64,000 nucleotides of DNA from Promethearchaeia archaeon (GTDB lineage: Archaea > Asgardarchaeota > Lokiarchaeia > Sigyniarchaeales > SOKP01): NCBI GenBank assembly GCA_029856125.1, contig JAHQWJ010000138.1, positions 1 through 64,000 of the forward strand, given 5' to 3'. Below, one piece after another: positions 40,402 to 49,281 of this stretch (positions within the stretch are counted from its first letter, which is position 1; every line of letters begins with the position of its first letter). Below the pieces are notes generated by a model that saw nothing but the letters and a program-made list of their open reading frames with translations, was not told the origin of the DNA and searched no databases. The position numbers and the translations under genes were made by a program.

Positions 40402-41688
40402 TTACTTAAAAGGTCTCCTCGTTCTACGCTTTTCTAACAAAGAAACTCCATGAACTTTCAAAGTTCTAGATAAACTATTAAACAGTAGATCGATCTCTTG
40501 AGGCTTAAATACTGCTCTTTTATGTGCTTCGATTTGCGGTATTGGCAATCCGTAAAATTCATTAAGGCTTGAGATCGGAAGGAGGATTGAAGATATTAAA
40601 TCAGCTTTTTCGGAAGCTTCTTTTAAATCACAATTTTCATCCATAAAAAACTCAATTCTACATGGCGTATCGTAAGTCGCAGTTTTTAAGTAGAAAGCAT
40701 AAAAATTAAAAGGAAAATAGTATGGAATCTCTTTTTTTATCCCGGTATCCCTTATTTTGTCTACTTCTTTTTTACAATTGAAAATACAACTTCTCTCTGT
40801 TTTCCGCAATACTCTATTGTATAAATCTAAATCAGAAAAGTAGTCTAAAATCTGACGATAATTAATTTTTATGAAATCAGATAGATTCGTAACATTCGGT
40901 TTTAACATCTGTATGGTTCTTCTTAAGAGATTAGTTAACGCTGATGTCCGCGTATCTTTTATCGAACCGATCAAAATTATTCCCTTCTCAATGCAAGTAG
41001 AATATAGCTTTTGATATTCCTTTAACAATTTATCGTATCTCTTAGAAATTTCTAAATCCTTAGTAAATATCAGATTTATGGGCATTATTACTACTGACCC
41101 ATCTAAAATAATTAAGTCTACTTCGCTCTTCTTTTCGATTAAATTATTTAAAAGATTAATTTCCATAAAAGTCATGTCCATCGAAGTCTTGGCTTCTACC
41201 ACATTTTCCTTCCGATTCAAATAATTTCCTTGGACATTATAATTATTAAACCCTGCTAAGTCAGGAAAGTACTCAATTCGAGATGATTGGTTTTCATAAA
41301 AATAGTACTTCACAGCAATAGCCTTTAAGAAAGAAAAATCTACATTCATGAATTTTTTTACAACAGAACTTCCATCCACACTTACTATGTTTAAACCTCT
41401 TATGTTAGATGCCGAAGTTAGTTTTCTAATAAAATTTTCTTTAATATCATAATTTGGATATTTCAGTAATTCTTTAAAATCCAGACTTTCAAGATTACCT
41501 AAAAGTATTTCTACAAATTTTTTTTTCATTCGTTCGATTCCAATATATTCTTGAGCGAGATTCTTTAAATTTGTTAATAAAATCTGTTCTTTGGTAAAAC
41601 CGGAGTCACCGGAGCTAGTGGAGTTAAAGGAACTAGAATTTAGATTTATGTTCCTCTGATTTGATGTATTATTTCTAACTGTCATCAA
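40402..41688 (-). CDS. nurA: NurA-family nuclease
   Basis: VSVDGS, ME, ILDGS, IKD, G.P.P..EAH..A. Confidence 0.8.
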   Translation of the reverse strand: MMTVRNNTSNQRNINLNSSSFNSTSSGDSGFTKEQILLTNLKNLAQEYIGIERMKKKFVEILLGNLESLDFKELLKYPNYDIKENFIRKLTSASNIRGLNIVSVDGSSVVKKFMNVDFSFLKAIAVKYYFYENQSSRIEYFPDLAGFNNYNVQGNYLNRKENVVEAKTSMDMTFMEINLLNNLIEKKSEVDLIILDGSVVIMPINLIFTKDLEISKRYDKLLKEYQKLYSTCIEKGIILIGSIKDTRTSALTNLLRRTIQMLKPNVTNLSDFIKINYRQILDYFSDLDLYNRVLRKTERSCIFNCKKEVDKIRDTGIKKEIPYYFPFNFYAFYLKTATYDTPCRIEFFMDENCDLKEASEKADLISSILLPISSLNEFYGLPIPQIEAHKRAVFKPQEIDLLFNSLSRTLKVHGVSLLEKRRTRRPFK

Positions 41689-41779
41689 GATTTGAAATGA
41701 AGAGAGGTAATTATAATAATGAAGAGAGATTAAAATTAATAATTTTTATAATTAGAATCAGCAGATAATTACTTTAAAA

Positions 41780-42433
41780 ATGGCTATCAATTTAGGAAAC
41801 GATCCGAATATATTGATATTAATATCTTTTGCTGAAATTTTGTTCGTTCTTGTTCCTTCATTAATTGCCGCAAAAATAGAAAAAACTCCATTCATCGTAG
41901 AAGTTAAAAAACTTGGTTTTAATGTAAAAAATCCAAAACTCAAGAATATCCTATTAAAAATTTGTGCGGGAATATTTATTGGATTTTTATTCTTTTTCAT
42001 TAGTGATTTACTATTAACCTTTTATATGAGCTTTATAATTCAAAATCTGTTTGGAGCACATTTTATTGAAGAGGCTATAGGTAACGCGATTTCTACATCA
42101 CCTGTGAATCCTAATTTTATTCAATTATCACTTCTTATAGCGATTCAAATCGCTATTATCGGGCCATGTGAAGAGGCGTTTTTTAGGGGTTTTATTATCA
42201 ATAAAAGCAAAAATAAGGTGAAGTTAATCTACTCTATCATTCTTTCTTCATTTTTATTCACATTATATCATGTTCCTCCTTTTCTCGTACCTTTGACTAC
42301 AATCATAACTTTTTTTGGATATTACTTCACTTTTGGAATTTTATTATCTTTAGTTTTCGTCGCGTTTAAAAGCTCTCTTCTCCCAAGCTCAATTGCTCAT
42401 TCTAGTTTAAACATATTACTTCTAATATTTTGA
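41780..42433 (+). CDS. CPBP/Abi (CAAX protease-like) intramembrane metalloprotease
   Basis: EEAFFRG, FTLYH, AHSSLN. Confidence 0.85.
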   Translation: MAINLGNDPNILILISFAEILFVLVPSLIAAKIEKTPFIVEVKKLGFNVKNPKLKNILLKICAGIFIGFLFFFISDLLLTFYMSFIIQNLFGAHFIEEAIGNAISTSPVNPNFIQLSLLIAIQIAIIGPCEEAFFRGFIINKSKNKVKLIYSIILSSFLFTLYHVPPFLVPLTTIITFFGYYFTFGILLSLVFVAFKSSLLPSSIAHSSLNILLLIF

Positions 42434-42601
42434 GGAAAAGAGGTTCGTTGGGATAGAAGGTTTAAAAGTATTGAAAAATAAATAAAAACATACATTTAAA
42501 AAATCTTACAAAGATAAATATAATTAAGTCAAACCTATCAATATTAAATATTGGAGTACAGAAAAATAATTAGTACCATCTATCAATAAGGGTAAAGAAT
42601 T

Positions 42602-43132
42602 TTGGCAGGCTACGATTACACTTGGAAAATAATGATGTTAGGGGACGCGGCTGTTGGGAAGACTTCCTTAACATTAAGGTATATTTCGGGCTTTTTCCTA
42701 CAAGATTTGAAACTCACGATTGGAGTAGATTTTTATTCAAAAACTACCACCCATAGAGAGAAAAAAGTAAAACTACAAATTTGGGATTTTGGTGGAGAAG
42801 AACGATTTAGATTTCTCTTACATCAATATTGTAAAGGAGCTAACGCTGCCTTCTTCTTATATGACATTACTAATAGGTTATCTTTGGACCATTTACCTGA
42901 TTGGACTCAAATCATCCGAGAACATGCTGGAGATATCCCCATTATGCTAATTGGTTCTAAAGTAGATTTAAAGGAATTCCGAGCTGTTACAAGGGAGGAA
43001 GGGATTTTAGCTGCTAAAAAATATAATTTATCTTCATTTATAGAATTGTCTTCTAAGACGGGTCAAAATGTTGAGAAAGCATTTGATGTAATAACTGAAA
43101 CTCTTTTTGAAAGATATAAACCTAGTTTATAG
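42602..43132 (+). CDS. Ras-superfamily (Rab-like) small GTPase
   Basis: GDAAVGKT, TIGVDF, KLQIWDFGGEERFR, GSKVD, ELSSK. Confidence 0.93.
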   Translation: MAGYDYTWKIMMLGDAAVGKTSLTLRYISGFFLQDLKLTIGVDFYSKTTTHREKKVKLQIWDFGGEERFRFLLHQYCKGANAAFFLYDITNRLSLDHLPDWTQIIREHAGDIPIMLIGSKVDLKEFRAVTREEGILAAKKYNLSSFIELSSKTGQNVEKAFDVITETLFERYKPSL

Positions 43133-43190
43133 CGGAAAAAAATTTGAATCTTTGTTAACATTTTTTCATAAAGAAAGGAATTAAAACTAA

Positions 43191-45167
43191 TCAAATTGCT
43201 AGATGCCAAACTTGCATATTATTAGCACCTCTATTATTCCATGCAAAATATGGAATTGCGGTAAATTTACTGGCACTGTTAGTTGTCCCGGTAATGAGAT
43301 TGACACCCCCTAACAATTCTGTTTCGAACTTAACACGTAAATCCTGATTTTTAGAGATAACAATATTAAAAATATCACTATTTTTATTATCTTTTTGCTC
43401 AAGACAATAGATTAACGGCCCATTAGATATAGATACTCTTTTTCTGTTTCCTTTGATTCTCGGATCACTTTCAACAAGAATTGGTATCATTTTAAAAGTT
43501 AAATCAATTTCGTCATTATCTAACCATTTTCTTAAAATTTCAACGTATTTTCCTTTATTTATTATATTTGAGTGCCTTTGGCCATTGATATTAATGTCCG
43601 TGCCATAACTCCAATCTGGAATTCTAAGGAATAAAGAAAATTTTTGGCTTTTAGACAATACAAATTTAATGGTAATCTCCCCTTTCCAAGGGAATTCACT
43701 TTTTTGGATAATTTTGACTACGTTTGAGCCCAATTCAATATTTGCTTTATTTCCAATGTACTGGTGAATCCAAATTCCTTCTTTCGAAGTGCTGTAGATA
43801 TAATCTCCTAAGGAAGCGATGGTTCTGGCTACATTAGGAGGACAACAAGCACATCTAAACCATTCGCTTCTTTTATCCTTAGCATATGAAACTAAAGGAT
43901 TATCGTATGTGTATTCTTTACCATCAATGGATTGGCCAACCAACATCGCGTTATATAACACCCTTTCTATCAAATCTGCATATTTACTGTTGGCGGTTAT
44001 TTGGAGCATTCGCAAGTTCCACATCATATTTCCAATCGCGGAACAAGTTTCAGAATATGAATCTTCATTCTTTAAAGCAAAATCTTTTTTAAAACCTTCT
44101 GTGCCTTTTTCAGATCCAGTCCCACCAGTAATATACATTCTGGCTTTAACCATTTTCAACCATACTCTACGAAGGGCTTTTAATAATGTTTTATCTCCTA
44201 TTTCAGAATATAAATCAGCCATCCCACAAAATAAATACATTGCTCTAACAGCGTGTCCAACGGGTTCGAAAATTTTTCTTACTGGAACATTTGATTGAAT
44301 ATAAGCTCCGTTCAAGTTTTCTTTGTAGAGTATTAATTGACTTTTTAGTGTAAGATTCGTAGCCCATTCTGATACTTCGCTCTCCTGTTCTTTAATAATA
44401 TTTTCTTTTCCTACTGACAAAAAAAATTCTTTATTTTTCTTTTTTGCTATTCCTAGGGTAGCTAGCATGTTTATATATTGATTAGCAACATAAGTTTTAA
44501 AGTTCGACACATTTCCTCTTCGGTTAACAAATTCTTCCGCTAAATTTAAGTAATTTGAGTTCTCAGTGATTCTATACAACGCGATTAAAGCCATTTCGAT
44601 TTCCTCGTGACCGGGAACGCCCTTCCTTTTTCCTCCCAAATATTGAGACACTAACAAATTTGCAAACTTAATGGCTACATTTATCATTACTTGTTTCTTA
44701 GTAGCATGATGGTGGGCTATAGCTGCTTGGATCAAATGACCCGCACAATACAATTCATGCATTAGGTATATATTTGTGAACCTTTTTTCTATAAACCTGG
44801 TCGAATAGAATGTATTAACATATCCATCTATAGTTTGAGATTTCTTTATTAAATCAACAACCTCATTCACTTTTGCTTCTAAGCCAGGATCACTATAAAT
44901 ATTAAGGATGTAACATGCTGCTTCAAGCCATTTATAAAGATCCGAATCAAAGTAGAATTCTCCTATTTGAACTCCTTTTTTAAGACCTGAAGCAACTCTA
45001 AAATTATCTATGTGAAAATCACCTTCTAGCATTTGATGTTGATGGTGAATTGATATTTCTCGATTGATCTGCTGTCTTTTTGACCAAAAACTATCGTTAA
45101 TATTAACATCTACAAACGAAACGGGCTTTAGCTTATTAAAAGGTCGTTTATTAGTGTTATACGTCAT
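43191..45167 (-). CDS. Glycoside hydrolase family 127 (beta-L-arabinofuranosidase-like)
   Basis: DSDLYKWLEA, HELYCAGH, GHEEIE, GHAVRAMY, ETC, CACCPPN, IPYFAWNNRG. Confidence 0.92.
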   Translation of the reverse strand: MTYNTNKRPFNKLKPVSFVDVNINDSFWSKRQQINREISIHHQHQMLEGDFHIDNFRVASGLKKGVQIGEFYFDSDLYKWLEAACYILNIYSDPGLEAKVNEVVDLIKKSQTIDGYVNTFYSTRFIEKRFTNIYLMHELYCAGHLIQAAIAHHHATKKQVMINVAIKFANLLVSQYLGGKRKGVPGHEEIEMALIALYRITENSNYLNLAEEFVNRRGNVSNFKTYVANQYINMLATLGIAKKKNKEFFLSVGKENIIKEQESEVSEWATNLTLKSQLILYKENLNGAYIQSNVPVRKIFEPVGHAVRAMYLFCGMADLYSEIGDKTLLKALRRVWLKMVKARMYITGGTGSEKGTEGFKKDFALKNEDSYSETCSAIGNMMWNLRMLQITANSKYADLIERVLYNAMLVGQSIDGKEYTYDNPLVSYAKDKRSEWFRCACCPPNVARTIASLGDYIYSTSKEGIWIHQYIGNKANIELGSNVVKIIQKSEFPWKGEITIKFVLSKSQKFSLFLRIPDWSYGTDININGQRHSNIINKGKYVEILRKWLDNDEIDLTFKMIPILVESDPRIKGNRKRVSISNGPLIYCLEQKDNKNSDIFNIVISKNQDLRVKFETELLGGVNLITGTTNSASKFTAIPYFAWNNRGANNMQVWHLAI

Positions 45168-45265
45168 CTTTAAAAAACTACGTTTTTAAAAAAATATAGA
45201 AAAAATAATTAAGAATAGAAAATAAAATATTTTAATTATTCAATCCAATAAAGTGAAAATAAAAC

Positions 45266-46168
45266 ACGTCTGATTTAACTTATTTTATAGGAATTATTTT
45301 CGCACTCCTTGCGGGAATTGTGGTCTATATTGGAGCTCTTATTCAAAAGTCTGTTATCAATAAACACTCTAATGACCCAAAGTTTATCAGAAGTCTTGTT
45401 AAAAGCCCAGTATGGTTCCTGGGGCTTCTACTACAAATTATTATCGGAGGGCTTATTTTTTACTTTATAGCGATTATTTTTATAGGACCTGCCTTGGTTC
45501 CAGGTCTAATGTCTGCAGGATTAATTGTTCTTGCGTTAGGTTCTGTTAAAATTTTAAAAGAAACATTAGGAAAAGTGGAGATTTTTGGTATAATCTTAAT
45601 GATTATTGGCGTTACCTTGCTTGGCTTAAGCCAATTATCAATTGATGTTTCTACATTTATTATCCTTGATTATGATTTCATTTTTAGAATTATTTTGTTC
45701 ACGATTGTTATTCTTTCTTTAGCAATTTTGTTTGAAATTTTGCGTCGAAAACACAAAAAGTTTAAAGGCTTATTAATGGCAATCGAGGCGGGATTAATCC
45801 TCTCTCTGAATACTGTTTGGGCGAGTCCGGGAACTACAGTTGTAACTCACGTAGTTGAAGGAATTATAATTGAAGAAGAAATAATATTTGGAATTATAAT
45901 TGGCATAATCCTCCTCCTAATTGTAGCTATTGGAATCACTATAGGACAAATTTCGCTTAAATACGGGCAAGCTAATATTTTGATCCCATTAACAAGCGTC
46001 CCGATTCAGATAATACCAGTATTTGCTTTTTTTATTGTATTTCTATCTACGCCCTCTAATATTCTTTCAGTAATCTATTTGATAATTGGATTTATTCTCA
46101 TTATAAGTAGCTCTTTTTTACTCTCTAAACGGCAAGCTAAGCTTGAAAAAGTAAAGAAAGATCAATAA
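45266..46168 (+). CDS. DMT/NIPA-like membrane transporter (start possibly ACG at 45266 rather than GTG at 45320)
   Basis: About 9 TM segments, G..IQK, ALV..L, LKETL. The in-frame hydrophobic segment YFIGIIFALLAGI lies upstream of the GTG. Confidence 0.72.
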   Translation, partial: TSDLTYFIGIIFALLAGIVVYIGALIQKSVINKHSNDPKFIRSLVKSPVWFLGLLLQIIIGGLIFYFIAIIFIGPALVPGLMSAGLIVLALGSVKILKETLGKVEIFGIILMIIGVTLLGLSQLSIDVSTFIILDYDFIFRIILFTIVILSLAILFEILRRKHKKFKGLLMAIEAGLILSLNTVWASPGTTVVTHVVEGIIIEEEIIFGIIIGIILLLIVAIGITIGQISLKYGQANILIPLTSVPIQIIPVFAFFIVFLSTPSNILSVIYLIIGFILIISSSFLLSKRQAKLEKVKKDQ

Positions 46169-46185
46169 ATAAAAAAAAGGAGAAT

Positions 46186-46695
46186 TTATTTTTTTGTAGT
46201 AAGATAAGCTATTATACCGTAGATTAATCCATTTACCAAACTCCCAAAGATCACATTCATTAAAGCCGCAGTTTGGTAAAATTCCCCTGCAAGCAATACT
46301 TGATAAGCAAATCCTTGATATAGTATTATAATACTAACAAGCATACATATTATTGCAGATAGGAAAAATCCTGCGAACGCATGAACCCGCTTTTCGCTAA
46401 GTCTTCCAGTTATCACAGCAGCAATTAATGGAGCAATTATAAATCCAAGATTAAGGAAGAAAAAATTCCAACTAATAGGATCAGTCCCGATTGAGTAAGC
46501 TAAAAGATCTACTAAATACCAAATAGCATGGGCAGTTGAGGAGAACAACACGTAGAGAAGATAGGGCACATTTGGTAATATACCTGTTATGAAATTATCA
46601 AAACCATAGCCGATAGCATAGATTATGGTAAAAACTACAGCATTTAAGACTACTAATGCTACGAAACTAACTATAAAAGATTTTCCAAAACTCAT
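46186..46695 (-). CDS. Hypothetical 4-TM membrane protein (paralog A)
   Basis: 169 aa; shares HAIW, APLIAA..GR..EKR.H.F and GSL.NGLI with the neighbouring gene. Confidence 0.78.
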   Translation of the reverse strand: MSFGKSFIVSFVALVVLNAVVFTIIYAIGYGFDNFITGILPNVPYLLYVLFSSTAHAIWYLVDLLAYSIGTDPISWNFFFLNLGFIIAPLIAAVITGRLSEKRVHAFAGFFLSAIICMLVSIIILYQGFAYQVLLAGEFYQTAALMNVIFGSLVNGLIYGIIAYLTTKK

Positions 46696-46946
46696 ATCCT
46701 TTCCTTCTGATTTTATGTATAAACTAGATTAAATTTCTTAGTTGTGTATTATTAGAATGCCTTTTTTATATAAATTTTACCTCTTGAGATGACTATTTTA
46801 GATACATTAAGGAATGTCTCCATCTTATTAGAATCTTAAAAGAATTCATTCCTCAATTTTTGACTAGATATCTCCGGAATATATTAAATATTTTTGGATA
46901 CTTATATGAATTTATTTTGTAATTAAAAGAAAAAAGATGTAAAAAT

Positions 46947-47456
46947 TTATTTTCTTTTTGTTGTAAAGAAAGCTAAAAGTCCAAAAATTAGGCCGTTAAG
47001 GAGACTTCCTCCAACAACAATAAACAACGCACCACTACCGAGAAATTCACTAGTGATAATTATTTGATAAGAAACACTGTTAAATATTAGTATCAATGAA
47101 ACAGTCATGCTGACTAAAGAAGTCAAAAAGACTCCGAAAAACGAATGTATCCTTTTCTCCCCAACTCTTCCGGCAACTATAGCCGCAATCAAAGGAGCAA
47201 CAAGTATTATAAGAATCGAAAATAAGCTAAATAGATTATCATTAACAATTTGGTATGCTATTCTATCTACAGTTAACCAAATCGCATGTCCCATCGAACA
47301 GAAGAGATTATAAATGAGACTTGTCGTAGCTCCTGCTGTAAATATGCTAATTATATCGTCAAATCTACCAAAACTAACATAAAGTATGATTACTAATAAT
47401 AGATTGCAGACCATCAATGTTAGTAGACTAAACAAAAACGCTTTTAGTAAACTCAT
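46947..47456 (-). CDS. Hypothetical 4-TM membrane protein (paralog B)
   Basis: 169 aa; tandem paralog of 46186-46695. Confidence 0.78.
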   Translation of the reverse strand: MSLLKAFLFSLLTLMVCNLLLVIILYVSFGRFDDIISIFTAGATTSLIYNLFCSMGHAIWLTVDRIAYQIVNDNLFSLFSILIILVAPLIAAIVAGRVGEKRIHSFFGVFLTSLVSMTVSLILIFNSVSYQIIITSEFLGSGALFIVVGGSLLNGLIFGLLAFFTTKRK

Positions 47457-47812
47457 ATTTATTATCTTTTCATATTTTTATATACAAATTGATTATTCAT
47501 CAAATGAATTATATTCCTATTTAAACCTTCTCTGATTTTGTTTGAATTAAATTGAGATTTTTCACACATACAAATTTCAATTAATGTTGTCTTTGATAGA
47601 TTAGATCGGATTGAAATTATTCTAACAAAACTAGGCTGTTGACTTTGAATTTTGACTCCTTCAAGTAAATTTATAATTACAGACCTATCTTGTAAAGAAG
47701 CACCGTTTCTAAAGAATAATTACTAAAAAGGCGACTACCGATTATTCATTTTGAGATATGTTAAAGTCTAACGATTCAATACAACAAGAATTTTCAGTAC
47801 AATTGGATATAT

Positions 47813-47843
47813 AAAAAAAAAGAAAAAAAAGTTTTTATTTTTT
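47813..47843 (-). terminator. Oligo(T) terminator downstream of histone copy 1
   Basis: A-run/T-run block about 40-70 nt past the stop; the same block recurs after copy 2. Confidence 0.6.
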
Positions 47844-47883
47844 GCTAAACAATCTGGTTCAAACAGAAAATCGGTTAGATCAA

Positions 47884-48090
47884 TCAAATTAAGTTGATAG
47901 CGATTTTCATATCATTTTGTGTAACCTTCTTACGACCTGAATGTTTTGCTATGTCTAGCGCGCAGCCAGTTAAAGTTTTTGCGTATTCTTCTAAATAGTC
48001 CATTAACTTATCTACTGCGGCTCTACTAACGATTTCGGCTCCCGCTTTTTTCATTAAAGCTCTAAGCGGACTCCATGCGAACGCGGCCAT
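47884..48090 (-). CDS. Archaeal histone (HMf-like), copy 1, uninterrupted, 68 aa
   Basis: Histone fold: P..ALMKKAGAEIVS..A, A...AKHSGRKKV...DM.IA; SD GGAGG upstream. Confidence 0.95.
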   Translation of the reverse strand: MAAFAWSPLRALMKKAGAEIVSRAAVDKLMDYLEEYAKTLTGCALDIAKHSGRKKVTQNDMKIAINLI

Positions 48091-48216
48091 GATTTTATTC
48101 CTCCACTAATTATTTTTGTTTAATTTCCCGCACTTTTTACAAGTTTGGGTTAAATTCTTTAATTTTTAATTTTTTAAAAAAATTTAAAGTATTTAAATTA
48201 AAATTGGTATTATTCC

Positions 48217-48224
48217 TATATAAA
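48217..48224 (-). promoter_or_regulatory. TATA box of histone copy 1
   Basis: TTTATATA on the minus strand, within CCAACACATTTATATAGGA, which is identical in copy 2. Confidence 0.65.
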
Positions 48225-48564
48225 TGTGTTGGTTGATCATAGTTTATCCGAGTAATTTTATCATCCAATTATGGTCGACAAAAAGAATCATTGTTGCTGA
48301 GAAAAAAAAAATTTAATAGCAAAATCAGATCGTAAAAAATGATCAAATGTTGACTTCGGTTGTAAATTTGGATTTGAAGTTGAACTTAAGACCTATTAAT
48401 ATTGTTGAGATCCTTGACGAGTTTTCAGAAAATATTCTTGTTAGTAAAAGATAGAGTAGGCTATAATATGAGAATTCAAATATTCAGTATTTTTGAGCCA
48501 CATATTCTAACCTACTTTTTTATTACTTCTAATCTATAGAAGTTCAAAAAATATTCAAAAAAAA

Positions 48565-48837
48565 TTGTCCATCCTTTTGTATTTTGATTCGTCTATAACT
48601 TCTCTCCCCTCAACGAAGAGGGCGAACTATCGCCTTTTGTTAAACTTCTTAACGAGATTAATTCCAATCCAAAAGTTATTCTATCGAAAGAAAAACTTAC
48701 CAACGTCATTTACTAATGAACTTCTTTCTCTAGATGACAAGGAAAAATTGTCGGATATAGCAGTTAATCAATATATCAACTCATATAAGACAGTTAAGGC
48801 AGATTATCTAGATTATTGTAAGGGAAAAGGTATTTAA
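48565..48837 (+). CDS. Small hypothetical ORF or gene fragment between the histone copies
   Basis: 90-codon ORF with TTG start that ends at the histone terminator block; no family recognised. Confidence 0.35.
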   Translation: MSILLYFDSSITSLPSTKRANYRLLLNFLTRLIPIQKLFYRKKNLPTSFTNELLSLDDKEKLSDIAVNQYINSYKTVKADYLDYCKGKGI

Positions 48838-48866
48838 AAAAAGAAAAAAAAGTATTTTTTTTTTTT
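48836..48866 (-). terminator. Oligo(T) terminator downstream of histone copy 2
   Basis: A-run/T-run block homologous to 47813-47843, positioned past the stop of the spliced frame (48903). Confidence 0.6.
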
Positions 48867-48902
48867 GCTAAACAAACAAGTCCAAACAGATAAATCGATC
48901 AA

Positions 48903-49138
48903 TTAAATTAAGTTGATTGCGATTTTCATATCTGCTTGAGTCTAAAGGCATTCTAGATACTAGAACAGCATACTTTCTTACGACGTGAGTGTTTTGCTAT
49001 ATCTAGCGCGCAACCTGTAAGTTCTTTGGCGTATTCTTCCAAATAATCCATTAACTTATCAACTGCGGCTCGACTAACGATTTCGGCTCCCGCTTTTTTC
49101 ATTAAAGCTCTAAGCGGACTCCATGCGAATGCTGCCAT
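48903..49138 (-). CDS. Archaeal histone, copy 2, split by a 29-nt intron: complement(join(48903..48941,48971..49138)), 68 aa after splicing
   Basis: Exon 1 encodes residues 1-56 (...HSRRKKV) and exon 2 encodes TQADMKIAINLI*. The joined product is collinear with copy 1 (65/68 identical). Confidence 0.88.
48942..48970 (-). other. Candidate bulge-helix-bulge (tRNA-endonuclease-type) intron, TGCTGTTCTAGTATCTAGAATGCCTTTAG
   Basis: Fold: outer helix AG/CU, central helix AAAG/CUUU, 3-nt bulges UA^U and AG^A, inner stem GC(U)GUUCUAG-UAU-CUAGAAUGC. Cuts after the second bulge nucleotide match the insertion boundaries defined by copy 1. Confidence 0.85.
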
Positions 49139-49273
49139 AATTTTTTTAATTTCCTCCACGGATGTATAATTTTGGTTATTTTCCCGCACTTTTTACAAGT
49201 TTGGGTTAAACTCTTTAATTTTTAATTTTTGTTTAAAAATGTAAAGTATTTAATGTTAAATTGGCATTACTCC

Positions 49274-49281
49274 TATATAAA
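49274..49281 (-). promoter_or_regulatory. TATA box of histone copy 2
   Basis: TTTATATA on the minus strand, same context as copy 1. Confidence 0.65.

Noticed and set aside
40402-41688. herA-nurA-mre11-rad50 repair operon
   Set aside because: Only nurA is present and its neighbours are unrelated; dispersed nurA paralogs are not unusual enough to flag.
48340-48499. Small ORF in the conserved region upstream of the histone promoters
   Set aside because: The ~35-codon frame in copy 1 is interrupted by stops in copy 2, so the conservation is not at the protein level.
48942-48973. Spliceosomal-looking GTATGC...TTTAG (GT-AG) 32-nt intron in histone copy 2
   Set aside because: Removing 32 nt keeps the frame but deletes Val56, which is present in copy 1. 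No spliceosome is known in archaea. The BHB model predicts the 29-nt boundaries exactly. Treated as a coincidence; junction reads would distinguish the two models.
48903-49138. Histone copy 2 as a simple frameshifted pseudogene or a transposon footprint
   Set aside because: There is no target-site duplication, substitutions are mostly synonymous, expression signals are intact, and the insertion ends coincide with BHB cut sites. Not formally excluded without RNA data.
49139-49189. 17-aa N-terminal tail on histone copy 2 (MRENNQNYTSVEEIKKI) from the ORF track
   Set aside because: The region aligns with the non-coding leader of copy 1 and contains the GGAGG SD, so the ATG at 49138 is the better start.
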